A stretch of 64,000 nt of DNA from Eledone cirrhosa (taxonomy: Eukaryota): NCBI GenBank assembly GCA_964016885.1, contig OZ024741.1, positions 37,386,001 through 37,450,000 of the forward strand. Reading direction: 5' to 3'. Positions 40,973-55,160 of the stretch are shown in pieces (within the stretch, counting starts at the first letter, position 1; each line of letters starts with the position of its first letter). Below the pieces are notes generated by a model, which was not told the origin of the DNA, made no database searches, and saw only the letters and a program-made list of their open reading frames with translations. The translations under genes and the position numbers were made by a program.

Positions 40973-41635
40973 TTTTCATCCTCAGTGTATACTGATTAAT
41001 GTTCAGAGCCATCCTCAGCATTCTCGTGTAGCACCCATCCACCATCTGAGTGAGTCTCTTGGTCAGTGTCCAAGTCTCAGACCCATACAGCAGCACAGAC
41101 TCCACTACAGCAATGAAGAGGCGGATTTTCAGGTCTCTACGAAGGTCCGACTTCTACACCGATCTCAAGCTGTGACACGCCGCCCAGGCCTTGCTCTTCC
41201 TCTCAACCACATCATCTTCCGTATTCCCAATCTTTGCTCCCAAATACAGGAAGTCCTCAACCAATTCCAGCGGCTTCCCGCCTACATTAGTGATCCCCTC
41301 TGGCTTCTCAACATTCTCTACCAGATATTTTGTTTTAGTCTTATTCATTCTCAGCCCCACACTCATCCCAAAAGTCAGCTCAAAAGTGACACAGAGGAGA
41401 CTGAGGTTGGCTGGACATGCTCACCGACATCCAGAGTTGACATTGCACTCAGTGCTCCTTTGGGAGCCCCTACATGGACACACTAGAAGAGGAAGACCAA
41501 GGTTAACATATGTTGATGCCCTAAGGACAGACACTGGTCTGTTGGAGATGCAGGATATGGCAGCGATAATGAGGGACAGAGACCGCTGGAGAGAACTCGT
41601 CCATGGATCTCGGGAATTTTACCCGCCTTAGATAG
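40966..41635 (+). mobile_element. RTE family C, 5'-inverted copy (inverted 40966-~41362, sense ~41366-41635)
   Basis: Minus strand VGLRMNKTKT..FLYLG..MKNTH; plus strand PKVSSK..RRLRLAGH..GRPR; (TAGA) tail. Confidence 0.85.
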
Positions 41636-42220
41636 ATATATGTGTGTGTGTGTGTTAGTATGTATAGGTATAAGTATATGTATATATGCATGCATATATA
41701 CGTATAGATGCATGCATATATATGTATAGATGCATACATACATCTGTATAAACGTACACATACGAATGAGTATATGTTGTAGTAAATAGATCCATCGAAA
41801 AGTTTTGAAGCTGGAGATATTTATATAGACCGATGGACAGATCGGTGAATATATGAAGATTGATAAATATGAATACTATATTAAATACTGCCACTATTGG
41901 AATTGAATAATCAAAACCGTAGCGGTATGTCGCATATCCAATCTTATATATCGTATCTGATGAAAACGTGCTTAAACACCATTGTACTTTGAATTATGTA
42001 TAATAAAATGTTTTTATTATGAGAATATTTTTCATTTATTAATATTTCGAATAATATTATACTATATTACAGATAGATTATAAAGGCAATTAAATATATA
42101 TATATTTATACATATATATACATTTTATATATATATACACACACTCACATATGTTTAAAATATATATATATATATATATATACACATACATGTATATATA
42201 TACACACATATATTTATATA

Positions 42221-42262
<42 letters not shown>

Positions 42263-42656
42263 CATTCGAGTGTATAATCAATCAGATAAAGTATTTCTTT
42301 TGTTCATAATTGTATATACGCATTGTGAATAAAAGGCCACCTCTTAATATATGTGTGTGTATGTATATATCTATATATGTGTGTGTGTGTGTATACATAT
42401 GCTACATTTGGACATATACTTCAATCTCGAAGATACACTTATATATATATATATACATACGTACACACACATACTTTCGCCCGCGCGGGGGGATACATAT
42501 GAGTGTATATACATATACACACTCCTCTTTCCTGTTTCTGTGTGCCTTAGTCTCCTCGAATGAGCCGTGAAATATTCATTCCCGACTACATACATTGCTG
42601 GCGTGGAGATTCATTTTACGATAGGCGAGACGGATGGACGAATCGCTACGTTAAAT

Positions 42657-42743
<87 letters not shown>

Positions 42744-42866
42744 TATGTATGTATGCGTTTGCATTTATAAACTGGAGGGAAAAAGTGCTAAATACTTCTA
42801 GAGTATAATTAATTATTTATTAGAGTACTGAGATTACTCACTGCTGTTACTCAGGCAATCGCGAAA

Positions 42867-42927
<61 letters not shown>

Positions 42928-43069
42928 ATTGTAACGTCCAGTTAATAATAATAATAATAATGAAATTATTGTGTACAGTGCTCAGGTGCACTACAACTCA
43001 TCAAGTTATTGTAGGTTCACCAGAGTGAGCACTCGATGCGTAGTTTCCAGTATGTATAGAGGTGCAGAG

Positions 43070-43184
43070 CACTGGGGCCCCTACCTACAGAACCACTCAC
43101 AGGAATAAAAATACAAATGGACCCCCTATCCTCGTGGGGCCCCGGGCAACTGCCCACCGTGCCCATGCGTTCAGACGGCCCTGG
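43070..43184 (-). mobile_element. Possible hAT-like DNA transposon end
   Basis: Minus strand begins CAGGGCCGTC with GGGCCCC subterminal motifs; other end not found. Confidence 0.35.
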
Positions 43185-43260
43185 GTGTAGAACTATTCAG
43201 AGTGTTATATATATATGTGTGTGTGTGTTTTAAGTATAACTTGGTTATTCTCTTCATTTA

Positions 43261-43343
<83 letters not shown>

Positions 43344-43440
43344 GTATGTATGTGTACATATATGTGTGTATATATATGTGTATATATATATGTGTGTGTA
43401 TATATATGTGTGTGTATATATGTGTGTGTGTATATGTGTA

Positions 43441-43486
<46 letters not shown>

Positions 43487-43489
<3 letters not shown>

Positions 43490-43530
43490 GGTGTCCCTCT
43501 AAAGGGTATACATTTTTGGGGGACACCCTA
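43487..43530. repeat. ~44-bp remnant with CAGGGTGTCCC/GGGACACCCT inverted ends (Tc1/mariner-like)
   Basis: Inverted termini within a TA tract. Confidence 0.4.
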
Positions 43531-43549
43531 TATATATATTTATTAAAAT

Positions 43550-43891
43550 AAGGTTGAAACACCCACGTCCCGTAGGGCCTACATAGGATTAACCGCCAAT
43601 AGATTCAAGCAGCGTCTTTACATGCATACCCATTCTTTTCGTTACCCTCTAAGAAGGAATATGACGTCACTTTCAGCTTATATCTGGAGTCTAAAAGACA
43701 ACCACACCCAATATAAGTTACACTGGGAGATCCTAGCTAGGGCTAGATCGTATAACGGAAATAAAAGACGATGTGACCTCTGCGCCACAGACGACATCTT
43801 AAACAAAAAATCTGAGGCAATTTCGGCTTGTAAACATAAATTGCACAAAACTTTCCTATATTACAGCCCCACATTATACCCTAACGGATAG
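43550..43891 (+). pseudogene. C-terminal GIY-YIG endonuclease fragment of a PLE
   Basis: RAYIGLTANRFKQRLYMH..TSLSAYIWSLK..W.I..CDLC..LNKKSE..CKH; N-terminal GIY strand lost. Confidence 0.75.
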
Positions 43892-44835
43892 TACGATCTA
43901 TACGTGGATATTTTACATCTTGATGTGGTAGCTAAGTATATGTTATGTTTATACCATTAGTTATTTGCATAGGTAAGTATATATTACCTGTACGTTTTGT
44001 GAAGGTACGTATACTTTCTCGTACGTATATTTGATTGTATATGTTATGGCGTATAATTTTATATATTCTGGTACATATTGTTAGGTTATGTGTATATGGG
44101 AGTTTTGCGTCTGTGTGAGTATGCATGTTCGTACATATGTAATGTGTGTGTATATGTGTGTATATGTGTACTTCATGTTTTGGTTGACGTAAGTCTCCGA
44201 ACATTTGTGTATTTACATGTAGGTATGTGTGTGCGCTTGTTATATACGTATTTATTTATTTATATACGTTTATTTAATTATTTATTTATTTGTATACACA
44301 CGCACACACATATTTATAGGTGCGTGGTTTTGTTTACCTATGGCAAGTGTTTTCGCGTATGCTTGTGTATGTACGTATTTGCATGCGTGTATGTATTTAT
44401 TTAATTTCTATTACCTCTGTATTGTATTTTATTTACTTTATTCTTAACTCTGTAGCGGAGATTCATTCGGTTTCCTAGTTAGAATTTTAGTCTACGACTT
44501 CAGCTATACCATTTACGTGGTTTTGTCTTTGCGTGCAATTGTTCTCCACGGTCCACATATGACGTATTATCATCGTTTTTTCCGTTCATTGCTAGAGAAC
44601 GTCTCTATGAACCACCTAAGAGAACGTTAGTCTACGACTTCTTTTATACCATAAACGAGGTTCTGTCTTTGCGTGTAATTATTTTTCACCGCTCCTATTA
44701 ATGACGTATTATATTCGTTTTTTCCCGTTCTTTGCCAGGGAACCTTTCCACGAACCAAAGTATCGTCTTCCTGTCTCGCTTCGGTTGCAACGTTTTTTGA
44801 AATATCCACTTCTGCGTTTACAGATTGACTTTGTT

Positions 44836-44886
44836 AGTTTCAGAAGATCCCGTTAACGGTGAAAGCAGCGATTCTTTGCTTAAACT
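44836..44886 (+). ncRNA. Type I hammerhead motif, family 1 (U4A variant)
   Basis: AGTTT-CAGAAGA..GAA-AGCA/TGCT-T-AAACT. Confidence 0.65.
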
Positions 44887-46224
44887 TTAATCTGTTATTT
44901 TAATAAATATTTGCTCTACGGTTCTTATATATTTGATATATATTTATCCTTATCGAGCCCTCTTTGGATTTTAGTCTTCCAATTTATTATTATTACTATA
45001 TATATATATATATATTATATAAAATATATATATAAATGAAAATAGAGAAATTAATGTAAGCAAGAAGCCAACAGTAATTCAGACATATAAGTGACTATTA
45101 CGTCAAGATGAAAAATATTTAACGTAAGATATGGGAAAATAATTTAATCCCAATTCAAAACAAGTCAAGACCAGAAATTTTATCCACAGATTTTGTGTAA
45201 TCCGGGGAAAAAACCAATAGAATCTTAACTCAAAATAAAATTAAGAGTAAATACTTATCCGTCAATTTGGAAAAATCTACAAATGCACTATATAGTCTTA
45301 AAAAGACTATTTCACGAAACTTTTCAGTGGGGCTAGTCACGTTTGGCGTCGTTCGTCAGTAGTGCTCAACAACATTAACTAAGTCACAGCTAAAATATGC
45401 CAAAAGGGAATTTAAAAGCAGGCTAGTCAAACCTCGTGTGGAATTGAATTAATAGGGCTAGTGACGTCAGAATGAGACGAATGTCTGTTTACAAGAAATA
45501 TTATATATATAATATTATATATATACATACTAATGACACTAGCTCATCAATGTTACTCGGGCTTAGCATATTGTTTTTGCAAACTTTAATAAACATTCAG
45601 TTTAAAGTATATTCTATAGAATATTAACATTCTTGAATATGTTTACTATCTGATGTGTCCTATCGGACATAACTACAGCTTAGTGCCCCCCCCCCCATAT
45701 TTTTTTCCTCATAACTTTCCAAATAAAGCATATTTTTACATGAAAATTTTCAGTAGTTTTATCATTGCACACATCCGTTTGTCAACGTTCTCATTAAATG
45801 TAAACTTGGAAATATGTTCATCAATGCCTTTCAGTATCATATTTATAATGAAAAATATTAATCAGAATAATATTGCAGATTTTCTACAGGAATGCAATAT
45901 TGTTCAACAACTAAGAATTGCCTACAAAACTACCAAAATGTGTTACTAAGAAAGTTGGGTGGAAACAAAGTTGAGTGGAGAATTGTAATTATGCCACCTA
46001 TAGATTATTTACATTTAACAAAAATACAGTGAGCTATAATTAATTACTGTGGTGAGGACTAGTTGAAAAGTCATAAGATTTTTTTAAATGCATTTCTATA
46101 GTAAAATCATTTGAAAGAATTTCTTTTCTATAGTAGAATAAGCATTGTAGTTTACATGGAAGGGTAAATGCATAAATTTGTATAAGAAAAAAACTTTTCA
46201 TTTAGAAATATATTCTAAGCACTT

Positions 46225-46480
46225 CAGTTCTACTTCACCTACTTATTCCCGAAAGGGTCATGGGGTCAGTGTCCCCAAACACTGATCTGGCTGGATCCGC
46301 AAGCGAGACTAGCCAAGCTCATGAATGTTATCCAACCATCTTGCTCGGGGTCTACCCCTGAGTCTCCTGCTGGTTGGTTTTGTTCATAAGATTTGTCCAG
46401 CAATTCTTTCCTGAGACATTCTTACCTCATGCCCGTAATATTGGAGCTGTGATCTCTCAAAGCACTTTAGTTATAAAGCA
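46225..46480 (-). mobile_element. Old RTE-like 3' fragment
   Basis: Resembles the reverse complement of ~62030-62280 (RRPRGRP-like region). Confidence 0.5.
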
Positions 46481-46777
46481 AATTTCTCTAACATCTAGTT
46501 GTGTAATTCTTTCTCTCATTCTAAATCACCAAAAGTCTTGTCAGAAATACAAGCCAGTGAAAACAACCATCCTTGAATCATTATCCATCTTAAGAATGAG
46601 TGAATTCTGTCCAAGATTGAGATGTCTTTTGCTTGCAACTGAATTTGCAGGGATGGTCAGGAAAAGTTGAATTAGTCTAACAGTTTCAGATATAGCAGAC
46701 AAGAAACCCAGTTTATGAAATAACTCTAAAATGGTATTACTTTACTTACACTTTAAATTTATTGTCATTATATATAT

Positions 46778-46968
46778 GTGGTGGATTGGCAGTATCGGTA
46801 GAGGATTGGACGCCATGCTTTGCAACAAAGAGTTTCGGCCCTTTATGGTCTGAGTTCAAATCTCGCCGAGGTTAACTTTGCCTTTCATCCTTACGGGGTT
46901 GATAAAATATAGTACCAGTAATTCACTGAGATAATTGCTGGCTTTGTGCCAAAAGTAGAAACAATTAT
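46778..46968 (+). mobile_element. tRNA-derived SINE with Meta-like central domain
   Basis: GAGTTCAAATC box B, then GCCTTTCATCCTTACGGGGTTGATAAAATATAGTACCAG; related to 63792-64000. Confidence 0.7.
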
Positions 46969-47344
46969 ATATATATAGCTGAATATATCTACCAAAGATT
47001 TGTAACCAAGCATAGTATGATAGCTAGTAATAAGTCTTTTTTGTGTGTCTTTTATCTTATTGCTACTTGTGATAAGTGATGACAGATCAAATGTGGCATT
47101 TTAAAAGTTCTATTCTAGAACCTTCTGATCAAAATCTTTTTGCAGTCCCTCACCCAAACTTTAGTTAAATTGAATCAATACTGTCTACTTCATTTAATCT
47201 TCTTCATATAACCAATATTATGAATAGTAAAATATATTCAGGCTAACATTTTATATTATGAAGTCGTAGCAAAGTTATATTCCCCGAAAGTAGGTAGGCT
47301 GGAGCTAATGTTGATGAGCTCCGCCTACCTCAAAATTTATTTAA

Positions 47345-47501
47345 CCCTTTAGCATTTACATTACTCTATATTTGCTATTGTATTTTCATGGTAAACACTT
47401 TATTTCATATAATTATCTCACATAATATTGAATCTATGAGATTTTGATATTTATTTGAGAACAATACATTAACGGATGTGGCCAGTTTAAATGCTAAAGG
47501 G
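47345..47501. mobile_element. piggyBac-like MITE
   Basis: TTAA|CCCTTTAGCATTTA ... TAAATGCTAAAGGG|ATAA. Confidence 0.6.
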
Positions 47502-47600
47502 ATAAACATATTGTATATGGGTCCATGCATGCTCTTATTCTGAATCACACTGTGGTAGTGCTGTTTCCATTTAATACAAGCTGGTCAAGGTTGCAATATA

Positions 47601-49893
47601 CAGGATGAGGACGATATTTGTTCGCAATTTTCAATTGCTAATTTTATGCAAATTTTTTTTACTTCCGTTGTCACTCTTGTCTTCATAAAAACAGTGACTA
47701 TATTTCCATTATTTATTTTCAGAATAATTGATTATGAATAATTTTGAACCTCCAAATTTGTGGAAGAGACACAGAGTTCTTCTTGGAATCCGCGCCGGGA
47801 GGACAAATAAGGAAATTTCAGACTTTCTCAGCGTCAGCAGGAGAATGGTGTCTCATCCAAAGACGTGCCCAGAGTCATGCAGACAAAGTTTCCAGCAACA
47901 ACATTGGTCTTAGGTGTCGTCAGCAGTCAAGGTGACGTCATGCCACCTCACTTCTTCCCTGAGGGCCTCAAGCTGAACACCGATGGCTACATCCGTGTTC
48001 TGAGCGAGGTAGTAAAGCCCTGGATCTCCAGGTAGCTGCAGGTAGGCCGTACGTGTGGTAGCAAGACTCAGCGCCCTGCCATACCAGCCGAAAGACCCAA
48101 GCCTGGCTATCAGAGAACTTCGTCGACCACACTTCACCTGACATCTGGCCTCCCAGCTCGCCTGACTGCAACCCTCTCGACTTCTTTGTGTGGAGCACAG
48201 TGGAACGAGACACCAACACATCTAGTTGCAATACAAAAGACGATCTGAAGGCCAGAATCACAAGTGCCTTTAGGGGCCTAAGTCGGGGGGACAGTGACGA
48301 AGGCCTGTAGACAGTTCCGAGGCCGCCTTGAGGCCGTCATCAAAGCCAATGGCGGGTTTATCGAGTGAGATCGAAAGAACAAGTCATGAAGACAAACTGA
48401 CCCAAGTTTGATAAATCATCATCATCATCATCATCATCATCGTTTAACGTCCATATTCCACGCTCGCATGGGTTTGAACGGGAGTTTTCCCACTTGAGGC
48501 AAGAGTGGTTGTCTTGCTCGCATAGGACTGTCTGGCGGGTTTTCTACGGCTGGATGCCCTTCCTAACACCAACCACATTTACAGTGTGGAACTGGGGGGT
48601 TTTTACCGTGTTACCTACACGGCCACATTACAGCGTGGACTGTGTGTTTTTTTTGTCGTGACACCTACACGACCTCGTTTGTTTCGGGCTGGATGTTGTG
48701 GTACCAACATAACTTTACATTGAAAGGGGTGGTGTGGATGGGGTGGGGGTAGTGGGACGGGGGTGTATTTTGTTTGAGGTGCCTACTGACTGTAGTAGGT
48801 TTCACTTTGCACTTAGGTAAGGCGGGTCTTCTCTGTTACTGCGTAGCGCCAAAGATCTTGGTCCAGTGACATTGTCTTGGAGAGGTGTAAGTGTGTGAGG
48901 TCGGAATTTATCAAGTCGTCCCAGGTTTTTCTGGGTCTGCCTACTCCGTGGCTACCGTCTATTTTTATTGCCCTGCACTTTTTTATACAGCTGTCGTCTT
49001 TCATGCACATCACGTGACCATACCAACGTAGTCTTCTCTCGAGTAAACAACATCTGATCCCTCTTATTTCTAATTTTTCCCTTAGTTCGTTTATGCTTTG
49101 CCGTTCGCGTATATTACTATTACACATCCAGCGGAGCATGCAAGCTTCGTTCCTCTCCAGTCTGCGTATATCCTCTGCACACAATGCCCAGGTCTCACTG
49201 CCATGTAACATTGCTGTTCGTATGCAGGCATCATACAGCCTGCCTTTCATTTTTAGAGAGAACCCTTTAGCGGCCAATAGTGGTATAAGCTCTCTGAACT
49301 TTTTCCATCCCGTTCTGACTCTAGCTACTGTACTTTCAGAGCACCCTCCCCCACTGCTGATTTTGTCACCCAGGTAACGGAAGCTGTCCACTATTTCTAT
49401 AGAACCATCTGTGCAATGGAATGAGTTAGTGTTCTGTGGGCACTTGCTGCTACTTATTGCACCAGAGCACCGGCCACATCTATATTCTTAGTTAGCTTAC
49501 CTGTGATCCCACTACATCTTTTATGCACCCATACTTTGCATTTGGGACATAAAATTGAGTTTCTACCTACTCCTTTCCTACACACTGAGCATGGCCATTT
49601 CCCAGATGGGACCGGAGCCCTATTTTCCTTCCTACAAACTAGAACTTTAGTCTTAGACAAGTTAACTTTAAGGCCTTTTGATTCTAGGCCATGCTTCCAT
49701 GTTTGGAATTTCTTCTCTAGTTCAGCCATTGATTCAGCTATGAGCGTTAGATCATCTGCATATAGGAGTTCCCATGGGCAGCCAGTCTTGAACTCCTCTG
49801 TTATAGCCTGAAGGGCAATATCTTAAAAAATAAAACTACTGTGTTATTTTTTCCTAGACAGTAATCTTGCGAACAAATATCGTCCACACCCTG
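47601..49893 (+). mobile_element. Tc1/mariner-superfamily DD37D (maT-type) transposon, defective, interrupted by a LINE
   Basis: ~27-bp TIRs CAGG(A/G)TG(A/T)GGACGATATTTGTTCGCAA, TA on both sides; QDSAPCH..WPPSSPDCNPLD with 37 residues between the two D. Confidence 0.88.
48415..49820 (-). mobile_element. LINE family A, 5'-truncated, frameshifted, nested in the DD37D element
   Basis: YADD to C-terminus, UTR, (CAT)n tail. Confidence 0.93.
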
Positions 49894-49962
49894 TATATAT
49901 ATAAATATACATATATATACATATATATATATACACATATATATATACATATATATATATAT

Positions 49963-50307
49963 ATCATCATCATCATCATCATCATTTTACGTCCACTTTT
50001 CCCTGCTTGCAAGGGTGGGACGGGAACTGATTCTGGCTTGATTTCTACAGCTGGATGCCCTTCCTAACACCAACCTCATTTACACTGAGTGCTGGGTGCT
50101 TTTTTGCTGTGACACCTCCACGACTATTTTGCAGTGGAATGATAGGGACGCCAGTCCCTATCATCTCATTTCTACAGCTGAGTAAACTGGAGCAATGTGA
50201 AATAAAGTGTCTTGCTCAAGGAAACAACACATCACCCGGTCTGAGAATTGAACTCACAACCTTTCGATTGCAAGGCCAATGCTCTAACCACTAAGCCATG
50301 TGCCTCC

Positions 50308-50309
<2 letters not shown>
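49963..50309 (-). mobile_element. SINE, same family as 5170-5524
   Basis: Direct similarity; full head and tail. Confidence 0.88.
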
Positions 50310-50341
<32 letters not shown>

Positions 50342-50342
50342 A

Positions 50343-51267
<925 letters not shown>

Positions 51268-51290
51268 TATATATATATATATATATATAT

Positions 51291-51434
51291 AAACAAAGAA
51301 GGTGTAGTAAGATACCAGGTGGACCATAACACACCAGAGTACTCGATACTTAGGGTAGTAGAGTGGGTAATAGGAAAAGAGTCAGGACACCGACGACTGA
51401 GCTCCGGCCGTTTGGGTCCTGACTCTTTTCCTAT
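51291..51434 (-). mobile_element. Short fold-back element related to 8956-9114
   Basis: Arms ataggaaaagagtcaggac / gtcctgactcttttcctat plus shared tail. Confidence 0.55.
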
Positions 51435-51569
51435 ATGTATATATATATATATATATATATGGTTGACTGAACTGAACACACATGCTTTTTCTCAAAAAAA
51501 TGTTTTTTCTGTTTTTTCCTCACCTCAATCTCCTCTGTCATTCTATTTTTTTTTTTATTTCTCAATCTA

Positions 51570-51605
51570 TCTTCTGACGAAGGACTAGTGTCCAAAACGT
51601 TAAGA
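51570..51605 (+). ncRNA. Decayed minimal hammerhead motif, family 8
   Basis: TCTT-CTGACGA-A-GGAC/GTCC-(A)AAACGTT-AAGA; G12 replaced by A. Confidence 0.5.
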
Positions 51606-51685
51606 CTCTTATCCTACTATATCAAGCATTAAACTAATATATGTATCTTCATTGTACTGTATTATATATATTAATATATATTTTA

Positions 51686-52730
51686 TTATGACAAAAAGCA
51701 CCCAGTACACACTATAAATGTGGTTAGTGTTAGAAGGGCATCCAGCCATAGAAACCATACCTCCCTCCACCCTAGATCCAGAGTAACAGAGAGGTAATAC
51801 AAGACCCAGATCCCACTCTCTGCCTGCCAGTATACTCTTGAAATCTCTGCCAACATGCCACTTATCACCTTCTCCACCCTAAACCCAAACAAGCAGAGAG
51901 ATGAAGCAACTCTCAGGTCATTGACTGGTTCACTACCCCTGCTGAACCCTTGCAACCCTAACACTTTCCCAACCCAAGGAAGCATAGCACACACCAAAAT
52001 GTCAGACATCACTCATCCACTTGCTCCAAACAGTATATAAACATCTCCTTTTAGGCCACGTTACATTGTGAACTGGGTACTTTTTATCATGGATTCAAAA
52101 CGACCACATAACATGTTGGACTGGATGCTTTTTGTCGTGGTCACTAGCATGACCACCTTACAGGGTGGACTGGGTACTTTTGTTGTTGTAACACTGGATC
52201 AGCATACTAGGTGGACTTAGTGCTTTTGTCATCGTAATGGCATTGTAGGAGATCAGATGTAGAGCATGTCCAGCTTTCAGGCTTGTATGCTTGGTTTGGG
52301 CAGGCAACGTATATCAGGGAGCTGAGGATTTAGAGGGAGAGGGTAAGTTAGCAAGTTCGACATCACCAAGATGCATGGGATATTTAGCTGGTGAGTGTGG
52401 GGTATTAAGATTGGGGAGATATGAAGAGATAATTGGTGCAGACTATTGTGTCCTCTACATGTTTGTTTCATTTTGTGCACAAGGGAAGGCAGGTTTTCTG
52501 CAGTGCAGCATGACACTAGAGATCTCAATCTTGTCTTATTTCCTTTGTGAGCTTTATTTGGGCAAGGTCTTCCTCTTCCATTGTTTCCATCAACTTTGTG
52601 TACCCTGCCCCTTTTTATACAGCTGTCATCTTCCATATGCAACACCTGTCCAAACAACCACAATCTCATCTCCTGTACACTGCATCTGACCCCTCTTCTA
52701 CTTAGTTTCTCTCTCCAAACTTACACATGC
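51686..52730. mobile_element. Older degenerate RTE LINE fragments related to families A/B
   Basis: RLWLFGQVLHMEDDSCIKR.. on the minus strand; UTR-like gaagggcatccagc and aaaagcacccag motifs. Confidence 0.6.
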
Positions 52731-53426
52731 AAGCAGTGACACTATTCTTGAATCCTCAAGAAATTGTTTCAATAGAAATATATCCTTCTCATGACTTTTC
52801 CATATATGTTCTTTCTTCTTCCTTTCATTCATTGTTTTTTTTTTTCTCTCTTTTCCCTCCTTTTTTCTCTCTTTCCCTTTTCTTTCTTCTTTCCTTCAGT
52901 TCCCACCTTCATTCACCAATCAGGGAAAGGAAGTCTCTTCTAATGAAGCATTTCTTTCTCAAAGTTTTATCTTGTTTCACCACCCATATTCCCACCAAGG
53001 ATGACATTTCTCTCTATATCCCATCTCTTTCTCCTCTTCCTTTTCCTCCTTATTCTCTCCACCTCCCTTTTTGTTCACCCTTCTCCCGCCTATTACTCCA
53101 TCTTTCCCTCTCTATTTTCTCTCACCACTCTCTTTCTCTCACTCAGTATTTCATGCTCTGCTCCTCTCTCAATATCTGTCAGCATCAGTTTTTCTAAGCT
53201 TTTTTTTAATAAAAAAAAAAAAAATGAACGATAAAGAAACCAAACTATTTAAAAACCAGTAATTGAAGCCACTCAAGCACCTCTCCCCTCCACCAGAGCA
53301 CCCTGTGACCCCTTATTTAATTACTTCAGTAATTAAACCTAACTCCTTTACCCACTTCTTCTTGCCACAACCTCTCCTCTTCACACCCCAAAACACTTCT
53401 GTTCCAAGTGACATTTATGTCAGACA

Positions 53427-53497
<71 letters not shown>

Positions 53498-53687
53498 TTT
53501 AAATGGTTTCTTCTACTTTTACCCCCACCTCCATCCCTAGTTCTGTTGCTTAACTTTCCTCCCTCTTATCATGTAATCTTTTCCTCTACTCCCCTCTCTC
53601 TGTTTGTTCTTGTCTGCCTCTGTCTATCTGTCTCTCTTACTCTAGAATAAGAAAAAAAAAATTGTTCTAGTTATACAATTTATAAGC

Positions 53688-53830
53688 ACAGGCATGGCTG
53701 TATGTTTAAGGAATTCTCTTTAGAACCATGTGGTTTTGGGTTCTGTTTCACTGCATGGCACCTTCAGCAAGTGTCTATTACCATAGCTTCGAATTGACCA
53801 CTGCTTCAGTGATATTTGGTAGACAGAAGC
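53688..53830 (+). mobile_element. Degenerate tRNA/CORE-like SINE
   Basis: TGGCTGTATG..GGTTCTGTTTC..CACCTTCAGCAAGTGTC. Confidence 0.45.
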
Positions 53831-55160
53831 AGGGTGAGAGTTGACAGCGGTCACAGTGACAAATTTATTTTCCTCAGAGTTTAGGATTGGAACTCCTGAA
53901 TTATACCGAGAACCAAACTATAAAGCCAACTTAGACTCTGGACGAATATCCAAAAAGCGCAAGTGATAGAAGCTGATAGGTTCCTGTGAAAGTTTGCTGT
54001 GTACATTGATGTATTGTTTGTCACTTTAATGAGATCTAAGTCTAATAAAGCTACCATCATTAGATTACCTCAATACAGAGGAAAAAAAAACCATTCTCTA
54101 ACAATCACTCTGTAACTCTAGAAACCATTATTTGTGTGAGTGCATGATCCTATGTGAGTGCATGATTCTATGTGAATGTATGTGCGTACATACATATACA
54201 CATATTTTATTTATAGTTATTGGTAAGAATGTAAAACAATTATTAATTTGAGTTTTGCCCAAAATTCCTTTAGTGATGTTACATATCTGCATGGTGTAAT
54301 TTTGCACAGTTATCCTTCAATCTTCGATATGCTCATGCATTAGATACTAGTGACATTAATTAAGGTTGGGTGGGGGAAGTAGGCGAGTGGGGTAGCATAG
54401 GTGTCATTGAAAATAGTAAATGTTCAAATTTATTACAAGGGAGAATCACCAGTGTTTTTATTGTTGTTGGTGATAGTGATGATATAGGAACAGATGTATC
54501 TGGCTAAAGAAAAGCAGCTCTCTCTCATGGCAAAGCTTGGTATTTTTGTAGGGAAGGAAAAGAAAATTACACCCACTCCTTGGATAGAGATAATTTCTTT
54601 TGTTTTCTGCCAACACTGACTCTTTCTATATATCTATCCCACTCTCTGTGTTTGTCTATCTATCATTCTGTGTCTTTGCCTGTCTCTTAATTTTGTATAT
54701 ACTTTGCCCTTGAAATATGGCTGCAGATATAAAATAACAAGGTTTGTCTTTGATAATTTTTTGACATATTTTTATGTATATGATATGATATGTCTCGGCT
54801 GAAAGACAACTGAAATAAAGCAATTTGTTAATATAGTAACTTGTACCCTCCACCCCTGTTTACTGTCTCTCACTCCCTCCTTTACTCCTGGGTTTATAAT
54901 TAGCAGCAACTAAGTGGAGTGAGAAACAGCAGTACTTCTTTCTTATCAGACAGCAATGTCTAGTATTTTATTCTTGTTATATTATACTCACTCAACCATT
55001 GTTGTTGCTTGATAGAGAATGTTTAACCGTTGCTCTTAGGACAGATAGTGGTTTGTTATGTCTAAATAATTTATAGTGCTAACAATATTTCTGTCATACA
55101 GAATAATATTTATAAGCCTGTAATAGCTAGTTTATTTCTTAATTACTTATTGTACTCCAG

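Larger units (their letters stand above)
43536..44998 (+). mobile_element. 5'-truncated Penelope-like element, family 1 (GIY-YIG fragment, spacer, pLTR with HHR, tail)
   Basis: Endonuclease fragment, HHR 44836-44886, AATAAA, (ATT)n end, short inverted tip at the left end. Confidence 0.8.

Noticed and set aside
53835-54072. Solo LTR (TG..CA, TATAAA, AATAAA)
   Set aside because: No TSD or second copy; these signals are common in AT-rich DNA.
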